IMG/VR virus record: IMGVR_UViG_3300045988_142509
Length of the DNA: 49,561 nt
Source: a virus
Strand: one strand, 5' to 3'
The first letter of the stretch is position 1. Each line of letters opens with the position of its first letter. The notes under the pieces are model-generated. The model did not search any database. It was not told where the DNA came from and was given only the letters and a program-made list of their open reading frames with translations. Below are positions 16,067 to 23,907 of the stretch, piece after piece. The position numbers were made by a program, and so were the translations under genes.

Positions 16067-16214
16067 TGAATTAGTCGAATCATTAGAATGGTTAAAAACC
16101 ATGGCACTTAGATACTCGGAAAACAGGATGTTTGAGTATCAAGTGAAAACAGAACAAGCTTATAAAGTATTAAAAGAATTTTTAGAAAAGGTAGGAAAAG
16201 AAAATGTTAAATAG
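16050..16214 (+). CDS. Hypothetical small protein (54 aa; not in ORF track)
   Basis: ATG 16050 after AAGGAAG. Overlaps the SSB start by 11 nt. Confidence 0.3.
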   Translation: MTNGFNELVESLEWLKTMALRYSENRMFEYQVKTEQAYKVLKEFLEKVGKENVK

Positions 16215-16674
16215 CGTATGTTTGATTGGAAGACTTACAAAAGATTTAGAACTTAGACAAACACAAAGCGGTAATTGTTATGTAGGATTTACACTAGCTG
16301 TTAGACGTAATTTTGTAAAAGATGGACAACCAGAATCTGATTTTATCAACTGTGTGGCTTGGGGAAAAACAGCGGAAACGATGTGTAATTACTTGTTCAA
16401 AGGTTCATTGATTGGGGTTGATGGACGTATTCAAACAAGAAATTATGACAATCAACAAGGACAACGTGTCTATGTTACAGAAGTAAACGTACAAAATTTT
16501 CACTTTTTAGAAAGCAAAGGTACACATAAAGAGTATGAAAATACGCAACAGCCACAAAAACAGGAATATCAAGGTACACAACAAGCGACAACAAAGTATG
16601 ATGGAGTACGAACATTTGGTAGAGAAGAGTATAACGAACCTATCGATATCAAAGATAGCGACTTACCCTTTTAA
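16204..16674 (+). CDS. ssb: Single-stranded DNA-binding protein (OB fold, acidic C-terminal tail ..DSDLPF)
   Basis: LIGRLTKDLELRQTQSGNCYVGFTLAV..CVAWGKTAE..GSLIGVDGRIQTRNY. Q-rich linker. Terminal DLPF. Confidence 0.8.
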   Translation: MLNSVCLIGRLTKDLELRQTQSGNCYVGFTLAVRRNFVKDGQPESDFINCVAWGKTAETMCNYLFKGSLIGVDGRIQTRNYDNQQGQRVYVTEVNVQNFHFLESKGTHKEYENTQQPQKQEYQGTQQATTKYDGVRTFGREEYNEPIDIKDSDLPF

Positions 16675-16694
16675 AAATATTTTTAGGAATTTAT

Positions 16695-17048
16695 ATGTGG
16701 TCAAGGATTGAATATGAAAGCTTAAAACGTGGGGATGTTGTACACACAAAATTGTTCCACTCGGACGTAGATAAAAGGACGTTTGAGTGCGAACTTGTGC
16801 GTAAAGTTAAAGACAATTGGATTGTAGTAGAATTAAAAGGATTCAGAAACGAATTTTTAATGTCGAGGTTTGAGTACGAAGAATGTAAAATTGATGATTA
16901 TTATTTTAAACGTAGAATTGAAGAGCAACAGACGTATATAGACTATTATACAAAATGTTTGAAAAAGCATTTAGATGCAAGAACGGAGTTAGAAAGCAAA
17001 CAATTATGGATGAAAAATGTAGAAGCGAACTTACAGAAAAAATCTTAG
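16695..17048 (+). CDS. Hypothetical protein
   Basis: 117 aa ORF. Confidence 0.4.
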   Translation: MWSRIEYESLKRGDVVHTKLFHSDVDKRTFECELVRKVKDNWIVVELKGFRNEFLMSRFEYEECKIDDYYFKRRIEEQQTYIDYYTKCLKKHLDARTELESKQLWMKNVEANLQKKS

Positions 17049-17326
17049 ATAAAATCAAGTGTATCGTAGATAATTCTGACCAAGAGGAACAGAAATTGAA
17101 ATTTTTCGAGGAATGCGGAGAACTTTTTGTGGAGTTAACACACGATACAACATATGATAAATTGTTGGATGAATTCAGTGATTTGATGGTCATGTATATC
17201 CAAATGGTGATGTACAAAGGTATTAAAGCAGATGATATTTTAAAACGCATGAATTTTAAAGCCGATAGACAAGTTATTAGGATGATTAAAGCTGGAAAAA
17301 TTGAAAGCGATGAGGGATGGTTTTAA
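17006..17326 (+). CDS. MazG-like nucleotide pyrophosphohydrolase (putative)
   Basis: EECGELFVELTH...LLDEFSDLMVMYIQM resembles the MazG EExGE / D..D(L/V) helices. Start assigned at ATG 17006; the track start at 16955 overlaps the upstream ORF. Confidence 0.35.
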   Translation: MDEKCRSELTEKILDKIKCIVDNSDQEEQKLKFFEECGELFVELTHDTTYDKLLDEFSDLMVMYIQMVMYKGIKADDILKRMNFKADRQVIRMIKAGKIESDEGWF

Positions 17327-17520
17327 AAATGGATATTGTGAGTTTTATTTTAGGTGTTTGTGTGATGTATCTAGTACAAAAAGTTTATGCGTTATATAAA
17401 ATATATAAATTAAACATTGCTTTAAATATGGCTGGCATTGATTTAAAAGACGTGTCTAGATATGTAAACGAAAAAGCAAATTATAATGTTATTAATATGA
17501 ATGATAAGGAAGACGATTGA
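17317..17520 (+). CDS. Small membrane protein
   Basis: 67 aa. TM segment IVSFILGVCVMYLV. Confidence 0.35.
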   Translation: MVLKMDIVSFILGVCVMYLVQKVYALYKIYKLNIALNMAGIDLKDVSRYVNEKANYNVINMNDKEDD

Positions 17521-17729
17521 TGAAAATTGAAGACGGATTTGATAGCAGAAGAAGACGATTCAAAGCAAAATGGGAGTGTAAGTGTAAAAATGTAGAGTTC
17601 AAAACAGCAGACCCAAGCGATAAAAAGCTTTATGATTTTGTGCAAAATCGGAAATATGAAAAACTCGGATATACTTCTTTTCAAAACTATGTAAAAAAGA
17701 AAATTGAAGAAGATTTGAAAAAGGTGTAA
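17517..17729 (+). CDS. Hypothetical protein
   Basis: 70 aa ORF. Confidence 0.35.
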   Translation: MMKIEDGFDSRRRRFKAKWECKCKNVEFKTADPSDKKLYDFVQNRKYEKLGYTSFQNYVKKKIEEDLKKV

Positions 17730-17760
17730 TATATAAAGTGCATATATAGGAGTAAAAAAT

Positions 17761-17958
17761 ATGACAAATGAAGTGAAGACCCCATTATGCCAACGTCAAG
17801 CCAATTTAAAGTACAGTAAGAAAAACCGAATCAATAAAAGTTTGACCTTGAACAAAAAGTATGACATGGATATCATACATTGGCTTGATAGTATGGATAA
17901 TGCTACAGGTTATCTAAAAGAGCTTATAAGAAAGGATATAAAAAAGCATGGAGTATAA
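17761..17958 (+). CDS. Putative ribbon-helix-helix DNA-binding protein (paralog 1)
   Basis: KSLTLNKKYDMDIIHWLDS..GYLKELIRKDI fits a beta-strand plus two helices. Paralogous to 17948-18139. Confidence 0.4.
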   Translation: MTNEVKTPLCQRQANLKYSKKNRINKSLTLNKKYDMDIIHWLDSMDNATGYLKELIRKDIKKHGV

Positions 17959-18139
17959 AACAACAGAAGCACAAAGACGTGCTATATACAAATACAATAA
18001 AAAAATGCAGCGTAATATTACGTTAAGTTTAAACCGCAAAACAGATGCTGATATTATAGTTTTTTTGGAAAATAAGGAAAGCATAGGAGGATACATAAAA
18101 AGCTTGATAAGAAAAGATATGGATAAAGCTAAAAAATAA
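17948..18139 (+). CDS. Putative ribbon-helix-helix DNA-binding protein (paralog 2)
   Basis: ITLSLNRKTDADIIVFLEN..GGYIKSLIRKDM. Tandem duplicate of the preceding gene. Confidence 0.4.
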   Translation: MEYKTTEAQRRAIYKYNKKMQRNITLSLNRKTDADIIVFLENKESIGGYIKSLIRKDMDKAKK

Positions 18140-18176
18140 GGCTTTATCCTTTTTTTTAAAAAATATACATTTATTA

Positions 18177-18219
18177 TTGACTTTATGTAAGCGATGATTA
18201 TAATAAGAAATGTAAAGAG
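18177..18219 (+). promoter_or_regulatory. Promoter cassette copy 2: TTGACT - 16 nt - TATAAT plus leader AAGAAATGTAAAGAG
   Basis: -35 at 18177-18182, -10 at 18199-18204. The upstream ACATTTATTATTGAC is also shared with copy 3. Confidence 0.55.
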
Positions 18220-18234
18220 AAAGAGGAACAAGAA

Positions 18235-18417
18235 ATGAAAAAGACAGACGCAAAGGAAATCGCAAGAGATATTTTACAAGACGTAATTGCAGTAGCTTAT
18301 TACAGAATAGATGAAGATAGCTACTCAGAAGAAGAACAAGATTTAATCAGTGAATGCTTAGCCAAAGAAGCAGAGAGAATGTTAAAGCTTGTAAATAGAG
18401 AATACATTACATATTAG
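18235..18417 (+). CDS. Hypothetical acidic protein
   Basis: 60 aa. RBS GAGGAACAAG. Confidence 0.35.
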   Translation: MKKTDAKEIARDILQDVIAVAYYRIDEDSYSEEEQDLISECLAKEAERMLKLVNREYITY

Positions 18418-18447
18418 AATGTAAAGAGGAAAGGAAGATAAAAGAAC

Positions 18448-18669
18448 ATGCAGATTTTAAGAGGAACAAAACGGGAGATTACTTTAATGGAGTGGGATGA
18501 GAAATTAAGAAAAGCGGAAAAAAGGTTAGCGTATAGCAAAAAGTGCTTTGAGCTTTATGGTGATAGCGATTATAAACAATGGATTGCAGAAGACGAAGAA
18601 AAAGTAAGGGAAATCAAAAAGCATATTGCGGAAGTGATTGAGTTTATGGACGCACATAATATTAAATAA
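18448..18669 (+). CDS. Hypothetical protein
   Basis: 73 aa. RBS GGAAAGGAAG. Confidence 0.4.
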   Translation: MQILRGTKREITLMEWDEKLRKAEKRLAYSKKCFELYGDSDYKQWIAEDEEKVREIKKHIAEVIEFMDAHNIK

Positions 18670-18720
18670 AAAAATTGGCTTAAAAAAGGTTAAGAATATG
18701 ACACATGAAGGACTGACAAC

Positions 18721-19134
18721 ATGAAAAGTACAACAATAGAACTTACAAAGGAAGAGGCAAGAGTTATTTACTTAGCATTAAGACATTATGAAATATCTAA
18801 AATTGGCACACCATCTCCATTAGAGCAAGAATGGGATAAAATAGCAAGTAAACTTACTGATTATGATGGAAAAGTATATAAAGCCTGGAAAGAAACACAA
18901 AATGAGGAAAAAATGTATAAAGAACAGAAAGACGTAACAAGTCGATATTTAAGTATGATAGATGGATTCTCTTGTGATTTTAGGTGTGCGCTTGAAAAAG
19001 GTTCTACATATAACTTAGCTACTTTAGATGCGCTAATTGCAGCTGAAGACGTAGACTTGCTTGAAGATATTAATAAATTATGTGAATTAGCTTTCAATCT
19101 AAGACATGGCAAATGCAAAATTATAGAGATTTAG
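18721..19134 (+). CDS. Hypothetical protein
   Basis: 137 aa ORF. Confidence 0.4.
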   Translation: MKSTTIELTKEEARVIYLALRHYEISKIGTPSPLEQEWDKIASKLTDYDGKVYKAWKETQNEEKMYKEQKDVTSRYLSMIDGFSCDFRCALEKGSTYNLATLDALIAAEDVDLLEDINKLCELAFNLRHGKCKIIEI

Positions 19135-19201
19135 TATAGTTGTTAGGTAATAAATGAGTGAGAATAGCATCATGCAGATGGTTAAGGATAGGTAACAAAT
19201 A

Positions 19202-19378
19202 ATGGAAAAAGACAGACACGAATTAGACGTAGAAAGTTATACAGAAGAAGAACTTGTATTGAATACCATAGCTAATTACATCAATTACTATGATGCGATA
19301 GAGAATGAGTGTAAAAACAATACGGAGTACACACTCAAAGATTTAGTTGATGATATAAGGAATTTGATATACCAATAA
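19202..19378 (+). CDS. Hypothetical small acidic protein (58 aa; not in ORF track)
   Basis: ATG 19202. MEKDRHELDVESYTEEELVLNTIANYINYY... Last ORF before the 1.3-kb ORF-free region. Confidence 0.3.
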   Translation: MEKDRHELDVESYTEEELVLNTIANYINYYDAIENECKNNTEYTLKDLVDDIRNLIYQ

Positions 19379-19544
19379 AAAAAGATGGAAACAAAAAAAT
19401 GTAAAGAAAGTAGACATAATGTCTATGGGTAAAGTGTTTCCATCTGTAAGCATTATAAGGCACTTTCTTGTATATGTAAATGGGAAGTTAATTGATTAAG
19501 TGGTGGTGTTAATGCTACCGCTTTTTTAATGCCCCATACAGGTA

Positions 19545-19660
19545 CAATAGACCCCCTACGATTACAATATACCCCCTACAATAGCAATAGCCCCCTTGGA
19601 ACGCAATAGCCCCCTACAATCGCAATAGAGTAGCCCCTTTGAACGCAATAGGAAAACCTA
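19545..19660. repeat. Iteron-like array: five to six copies of CAATAG(A)CCCCCT-like units at about 19-bp spacing
   Basis: GACCCCCTACG, ATACCCCCTACAATAG, CAATAGCCCCCTTGG, CAATAGCCCCCTACAAT, AGTAGCCCCTTTG. C5 runs are otherwise rare in this genome. Confidence 0.6.
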
Positions 19661-20410
19661 AGTAAATGCCTAGGAACTGTTATTTGAGTGTAACAAGCCA
19701 TGCAGACTATGTAGTAGCTGTATGTATATAGGCTTGTTTGATAAAAAAGTAGACTGCCAAAACAAACAACAATAACAATATAAATATATATAAGATAGAT
19801 ACAAGATATAAGACTATAATAGTATATTAGCATAAACAACATACCTATAAGACAATGAATACAGGTATAACTACATAAAGTAAGCAAGTGTAAAAGATAA
19901 GTGTATATATGATTCCAGACGATAAATACACGTTTCTACAGGAACTTAATTAAACAATAATAAGAATGATGAACATCAATTAATACGCATAAATAAAGGC
20001 TTAAACACTTACATATATATAAATTAGGCATATGCACTACTTTGATAAAAAAGAAGACTGACTATTACAGAAACTATATATATGTGTGTATATAAACAAT
20101 TATGACTTATATGCTATATATACACGCTTTTTAAGCTTGTACGGAAAGATAGTAACAAGATAGTAATATTAGTGCTATTTGGGGTGAAATAACGCTAAAA
20201 ACGGCTGAAAATGGCTTGAAATGAGGGAAATGAACGAAAAATGAACGAAAAAAGCAGTTGTACACGAAAAAAACTGTAAAAAAACGAAAAAAAATTTAGT
20301 TGTACTTCAAACAAACTGTATACGGAGCGTGAACAAAGTGTCGGTTTTTCTCGGGGGTAAGACAAAAAGGGAAGACAAAGTTGTTCACGGATTGTGAACA
20401 AACACCAAAT

Positions 20411-20624
20411 TTTAGCATGTGAGAAATATATGATTACTAGCATGATAGAATCATATGAAAATTAGCATGTTATGAGATGGCAAAAATTAGCATGCGAAAA
20501 TGTTAGCATGCGATAAAGTAGAGAATATTAGCATGCGATAAAATAGATAAACTTCACATGCTAGAAAACAAAGAATATTAGCATGCTAAAGAATAAAGAA
20601 TACTAGCATGCTAAAAATGGTGAA
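20411..20624. repeat. Array of nine TTAGCATGC sites (several are perfect palindromes TTAGCATGCTAA), mostly 25 bp apart
   Basis: Sites at 20411, 20437, 20462, 20487, 20503, 20528, 20556 (inverted), 20578, 20613. Directly upstream of promoter cassette copy 3. Confidence 0.65.
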
Positions 20625-20698
20625 AATATCACAAGCGAATTGCTTATATATAATATAGGTATAAAAAAAAGAAAATGAAAAAAAGTACACATTTATTA

Positions 20699-20741
20699 TT
20701 GACAATCTATATGCAATGCGTATAATAAGAAGTGTAAAGAG
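20699..20741 (+). promoter_or_regulatory. Promoter cassette copy 3: TTGACA - 16 nt - TATAAT plus leader AAGAAGTGTAAAGAG
   Basis: -35 at 20699-20704, -10 at 20721-20726, leader at 20727-20741. Followed by hairpin TAGCCCAAAAGAAAGGGCTA and RBS GGGGG. Confidence 0.55.
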
Positions 20742-20775
20742 GTTAGCCCAAAAGAAAGGGCTAGGGGGTACTAAT

Positions 20776-21207
20776 ATGAAACAAATTAAACTAACGAGAG
20801 GTGAATTAAAAAGACTATTGCTCGCCTATTCGAACGTAGGTGGATTGAACATTGAACGGATTATGGTAGTTTGCCAAGATTTGAACCATGCCGACGATGA
20901 CGACCTGCTGGAAATTTACAACGCTTTTTGTAGATATCTAAAGGTAAGTGGGTTGCGTATTTATCGTATGGATAATTTTCATTTGATGGATTTTAGAGAT
21001 GCCGTTGAAGCTAAGCGCTTGTCTGAGAATGTAGACTTAGACGACCGCTATTATGCGATTGAATTGAGCGGATATTGCGGGTATAAATCGTTCAATGATT
21101 TGCGTTGTTTTCTCGAGTATCGTATGTTTTTAAATTTGCAAAACATCAACGACATGCTTGAATATGCGTTTGACGAGACGATTTATGAGGGTGAAGAAGA
21201 TGAATAG
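20776..21207 (+). CDS. Hypothetical protein, possibly DNA-binding (N-terminus KLTRGELKRLLLAYSNVGGLN is HTH-like)
   Basis: ATG 20776 after AGGGGGTACTAAT. The track start at 20716 would include the promoter leader. Confidence 0.4.
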   Translation: MKQIKLTRGELKRLLLAYSNVGGLNIERIMVVCQDLNHADDDDLLEIYNAFCRYLKVSGLRIYRMDNFHLMDFRDAVEAKRLSENVDLDDRYYAIELSGYCGYKSFNDLRCFLEYRMFLNLQNINDMLEYAFDETIYEGEEDE

Positions 21208-21260
21208 AATCGTAAAAAGTTGGGAGCTCAAAGCAACCAGACAAAATGGGAGTATCTGAT

Positions 21261-21491
21261 ATGAAAAAAAAGCTAAACGGTACGTATTATTTATTTGATT
21301 GCATGGACGGTGCAATCGGTGACCAGTTATTAACGCTCGAACAGTTAAAAGAAAAAATGACATGGTCTAACGTAACGTATACGGAGAAAGACGCAAAACG
21401 CATCGCAATGGACTATGAAGCAACTTTGTACAGGTACGAATACATAGATGGAGAAATAAAAGAAAGAAAAATGCTTTACGAAGCATGGTAG
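21261..21491 (+). CDS. Hypothetical protein
   Basis: RBS GGGAG before ATG 21261 (track start 21246). Confidence 0.4.
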   Translation: MKKKLNGTYYLFDCMDGAIGDQLLTLEQLKEKMTWSNVTYTEKDAKRIAMDYEATLYRYEYIDGEIKERKMLYEAW

Positions 21492-21500
21492 GTGATTGAA

Positions 21501-21707
21501 ATGACTGAAAAAGAGTTTAACTTAATAAAAGAAGAAATAAACGAGCGCATAAAGTTTGACGACATAGGCCCAGCTGTAAGACTAGTAACGTTGTATAACC
21601 GTCATGAATTAATTAATAATAGAGTTATGGAACGATTATTCAATTGCCTTAGAAATGGTATTTATGTTACGTGTAGTATGTATGATGAATTAAAAGAAAT
21701 GGAGTAA
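21501..21707 (+). CDS. Hypothetical protein
   Basis: ATG 21501 after AGGTGATTGAA (track start is GTG 21492). Confidence 0.4.
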   Translation: MTEKEFNLIKEEINERIKFDDIGPAVRLVTLYNRHELINNRVMERLFNCLRNGIYVTCSMYDELKEME

Positions 21708-21855
21708 AAGAAGATGAGTAGGGTTGGATATCGGTTAGCTATGATTTATTTAGCAAGCGTGGCTATCCAGGTATTACAAAATATGTTAGCACATATTGCT
21801 TGACCATATGCGGTGCATATGGTATTATAAGTATAGATAAAGAGAGGTAAAGGAT

Positions 21856-22413
21856 ATGAAACTAGATAATATTTATGATGTTTTGAAAAAGAATATGTCA
21901 AAGGAATGTAGCGTTCTTTACTTGGGTAGCTGTATTAAAAATAGCGAATCTTGTTCAGAGCTTTACGAAAAATGTAAAGACTATGATGAATTCGAAAAAC
22001 GTGTGCTAAATAAGGAATGCGATTCAAACGTCGTGTATGCCTTAATATCGATGTTTGGTAATGATTGTGATTATCATTGGTATCGAATTCGTGATTTATT
22101 CGGTTGCCGCTGCTTTAAAACTTATTCGGATGCAGGTAGTCTACTGGTTGGCAATGAGAACTTTCAAGTGCTAATTCCAAACGGAATAGGCGATGGTACA
22201 ACTCGCGTTGCTATCTTTAAAAAAGACGATGATGTATTTCATGGATTGATTGAGCTAATGTTTGACCGCAAACATGGACCATCGCTTAATGGTAAGTTCA
22301 ATATCTATTCGTATGACTGCGACAATCCGGCAGTAGATGAACCTTGTAAGACATTAGATGGTAGATACTTCACATACTATTACGATGGATTCATCGCTTT
22401 CGTTGAGTACTAA
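21856..22413 (+). CDS. Hypothetical Cys-rich protein
   Basis: 185 aa with many Cys. RBS GAGAGGTAAAGG. Confidence 0.4.
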   Translation: MKLDNIYDVLKKNMSKECSVLYLGSCIKNSESCSELYEKCKDYDEFEKRVLNKECDSNVVYALISMFGNDCDYHWYRIRDLFGCRCFKTYSDAGSLLVGNENFQVLIPNGIGDGTTRVAIFKKDDDVFHGLIELMFDRKHGPSLNGKFNIYSYDCDNPAVDEPCKTLDGRYFTYYYDGFIAFVEY

Positions 22414-22427
22414 TAGAGGTTAACAAT

Positions 22428-22544
22428 ATGATATCTTTATTTATCGTATCGACAGCACTATCAACAATGGGGTTCGTTAGCGTGCTAATAGTCATGCCAA
22501 TAGTTCTAATTTATGAAATTTTAAAAATAATTTTGAAAAAGTGA
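22428..22544 (+). CDS. Small hydrophobic membrane peptide (38 aa; not in ORF track)
   Basis: MISLFIVSTALSTMGFVSVLIVMPIVLIYEILKIILKK. RBS AGAGG. Confidence 0.3.
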   Translation: MISLFIVSTALSTMGFVSVLIVMPIVLIYEILKIILKK

Positions 22545-22668
22545 AAATCGCAACAGGTTTTCACTTGCCTTTATATACGCTCTCCCCCTCCACCAAACAC
22601 CCACCATCTTCATACCCTACGCAACGCCACAAAATCATGATATAATAAAAAAACAAGGAGAGTAAAAA

Positions 22669-23262
22669 ATGTTAAGCAAAATCAAAGAGAATAATAAAGT
22701 CTATACACGTGTAACTAAATTACCTCGAAAAGTATGGTATACAGAACACCAATACAATGGTTCCATTGGGGAATTAAACACACTAAGTAAACCAGTATCT
22801 ATCGACCCAGTTCCTGTTCCTAACGAAGATAATTGTATTACATATGATGAATTTGGAAACAAGGTAACACTTGATTATGGAAGTGCTAAACCATGTCAAT
22901 TCAACTTCTATCGTATCGAATGGGAAGATATTGACGTTACTGATGAGGACCTACAAGAAGAATATGAAAAAGAAAAGTACTATGGTCTTGTAGAATCTAC
23001 CACACGGTATGAATATGTATTCACAGACATTATCATTGCTTATGATAAAGATAAGTTTGATAATGATGTACTAGAAACAAGCAAAACCATAGAAGAAGAA
23101 TATTGTGTTGAAAATATAGATGAAGTTCTTAAGAAAGTATCCAAAGAAATTGAAGATACGAGAAAAAGTATTATTGAAGAGTATAAACAAGGAAAACTTT
23201 CTTCTGAAAGCTACAGCGCATATTTTTATGAAATTTGGAATACTATAATGAATTCAATATAA
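22669..23262 (+). CDS. Hypothetical acidic protein
   Basis: 197 aa. RBS AAGGAGAG. Preceded by a C-rich tract and TGaTATAAT. Confidence 0.45.
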   Translation: MLSKIKENNKVYTRVTKLPRKVWYTEHQYNGSIGELNTLSKPVSIDPVPVPNEDNCITYDEFGNKVTLDYGSAKPCQFNFYRIEWEDIDVTDEDLQEEYEKEKYYGLVESTTRYEYVFTDIIIAYDKDKFDNDVLETSKTIEEEYCVENIDEVLKKVSKEIEDTRKSIIEEYKQGKLSSESYSAYFYEIWNTIMNSI

Positions 23263-23388
23263 GAATGACCCCCCTATAGATTGAAAAAAATAAATTTATA
23301 TTCAAATTGGCTCGTTAGAAAAAAACGAGCCTTTGTCATTTTACAAAGCCCAAAGTACACAAAGAACGTGATATATTAATACAAAGGG

Positions 23389-23907
23389 GTGGTTTTTATA
23401 ACAAAGAAAAAGGAAAAGAGAAGAACTACAGTCGGGTATACATATTGCAGTAAGCAAAACGAGATTAAAATCCTTAAAGAATGGGAAAATAACGGACACG
23501 TAATGGTTAAAGCCGTTTTAAGTGTGTTCCCACATTACCAATATAATTCTGCTGTAGCTCTAGGAAATGTAATAATTAAAAAAAACAGAGAAAGAATCAA
23601 GGAATACCAAGAATCAGAAGAAGAAATGTATCAACAGCAGATAAGCAATATCCAAGAAAGAAGATTGTGGCTAGATAGTATCCGTAAGAATGAAGATTTA
23701 AATGTTTCTGATAGAATCAATGCTTTGAAAGAATTGAATCGAATGGATGGAATCGGAAAAGAAAACAATGTCTTTAATGTGACAAATGTAGAAAATCTAA
23801 GTATTGAAGATAAAACTACAGCCTTTTTGGAAAACGCTGAAAGAATGTTACTTGAATCTCATAAAAATGATAATGTCATTGAAACGGAAGTTGTAGAACA
23901 TGAGTAG
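23389..23907 (+). CDS. terS: Terminase small subunit (putative)
   Basis: Lies immediately upstream of and overlapping TerL. N-terminal ..VGYTYCSKQNE and C-terminal SDRINALKELNRMDGIG resemble TerS (AGYS / DRIKA.ELLGK) motifs. GTG start is uncertain. Confidence 0.5.
   Translation: MVFITKKKEKRRTTVGYTYCSKQNEIKILKEWENNGHVMVKAVLSVFPHYQYNSAVALGNVIIKKNRERIKEYQESEEEMYQQQISNIQERRLWLDSIRKNEDLNVSDRINALKELNRMDGIGKENNVFNVTNVENLSIEDKTTAFLENAERMLLESHKNDNVIETEVVEHE

Noticed and set aside
19576-19887. 103-aa minus-strand ORF in the 1.3-kb repeat region
   Set aside because: Translation is low-complexity (Y/I/L/C-rich, driven by the TATA-rich DNA). No RBS. Overlaps the iteron array.
20195-20443. 82-aa minus-strand ORF
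   Set aside because: Product is F/S-rich and low-complexity, generated by A-tract DNA. No RBS.
19545-20624. Repeat arrays considered as CRISPR
   Set aside because: Repeat units are 8-13 bp with irregular 16-35-bp spacing. There are no 25-40-bp repeats with unique spacers and no cas genes.
20716-20775. Upstream extension of the 20776 gene to the track start at 20716
   Set aside because: It would translate through the promoter -10 and conserved leader. A good RBS precedes ATG 20776.
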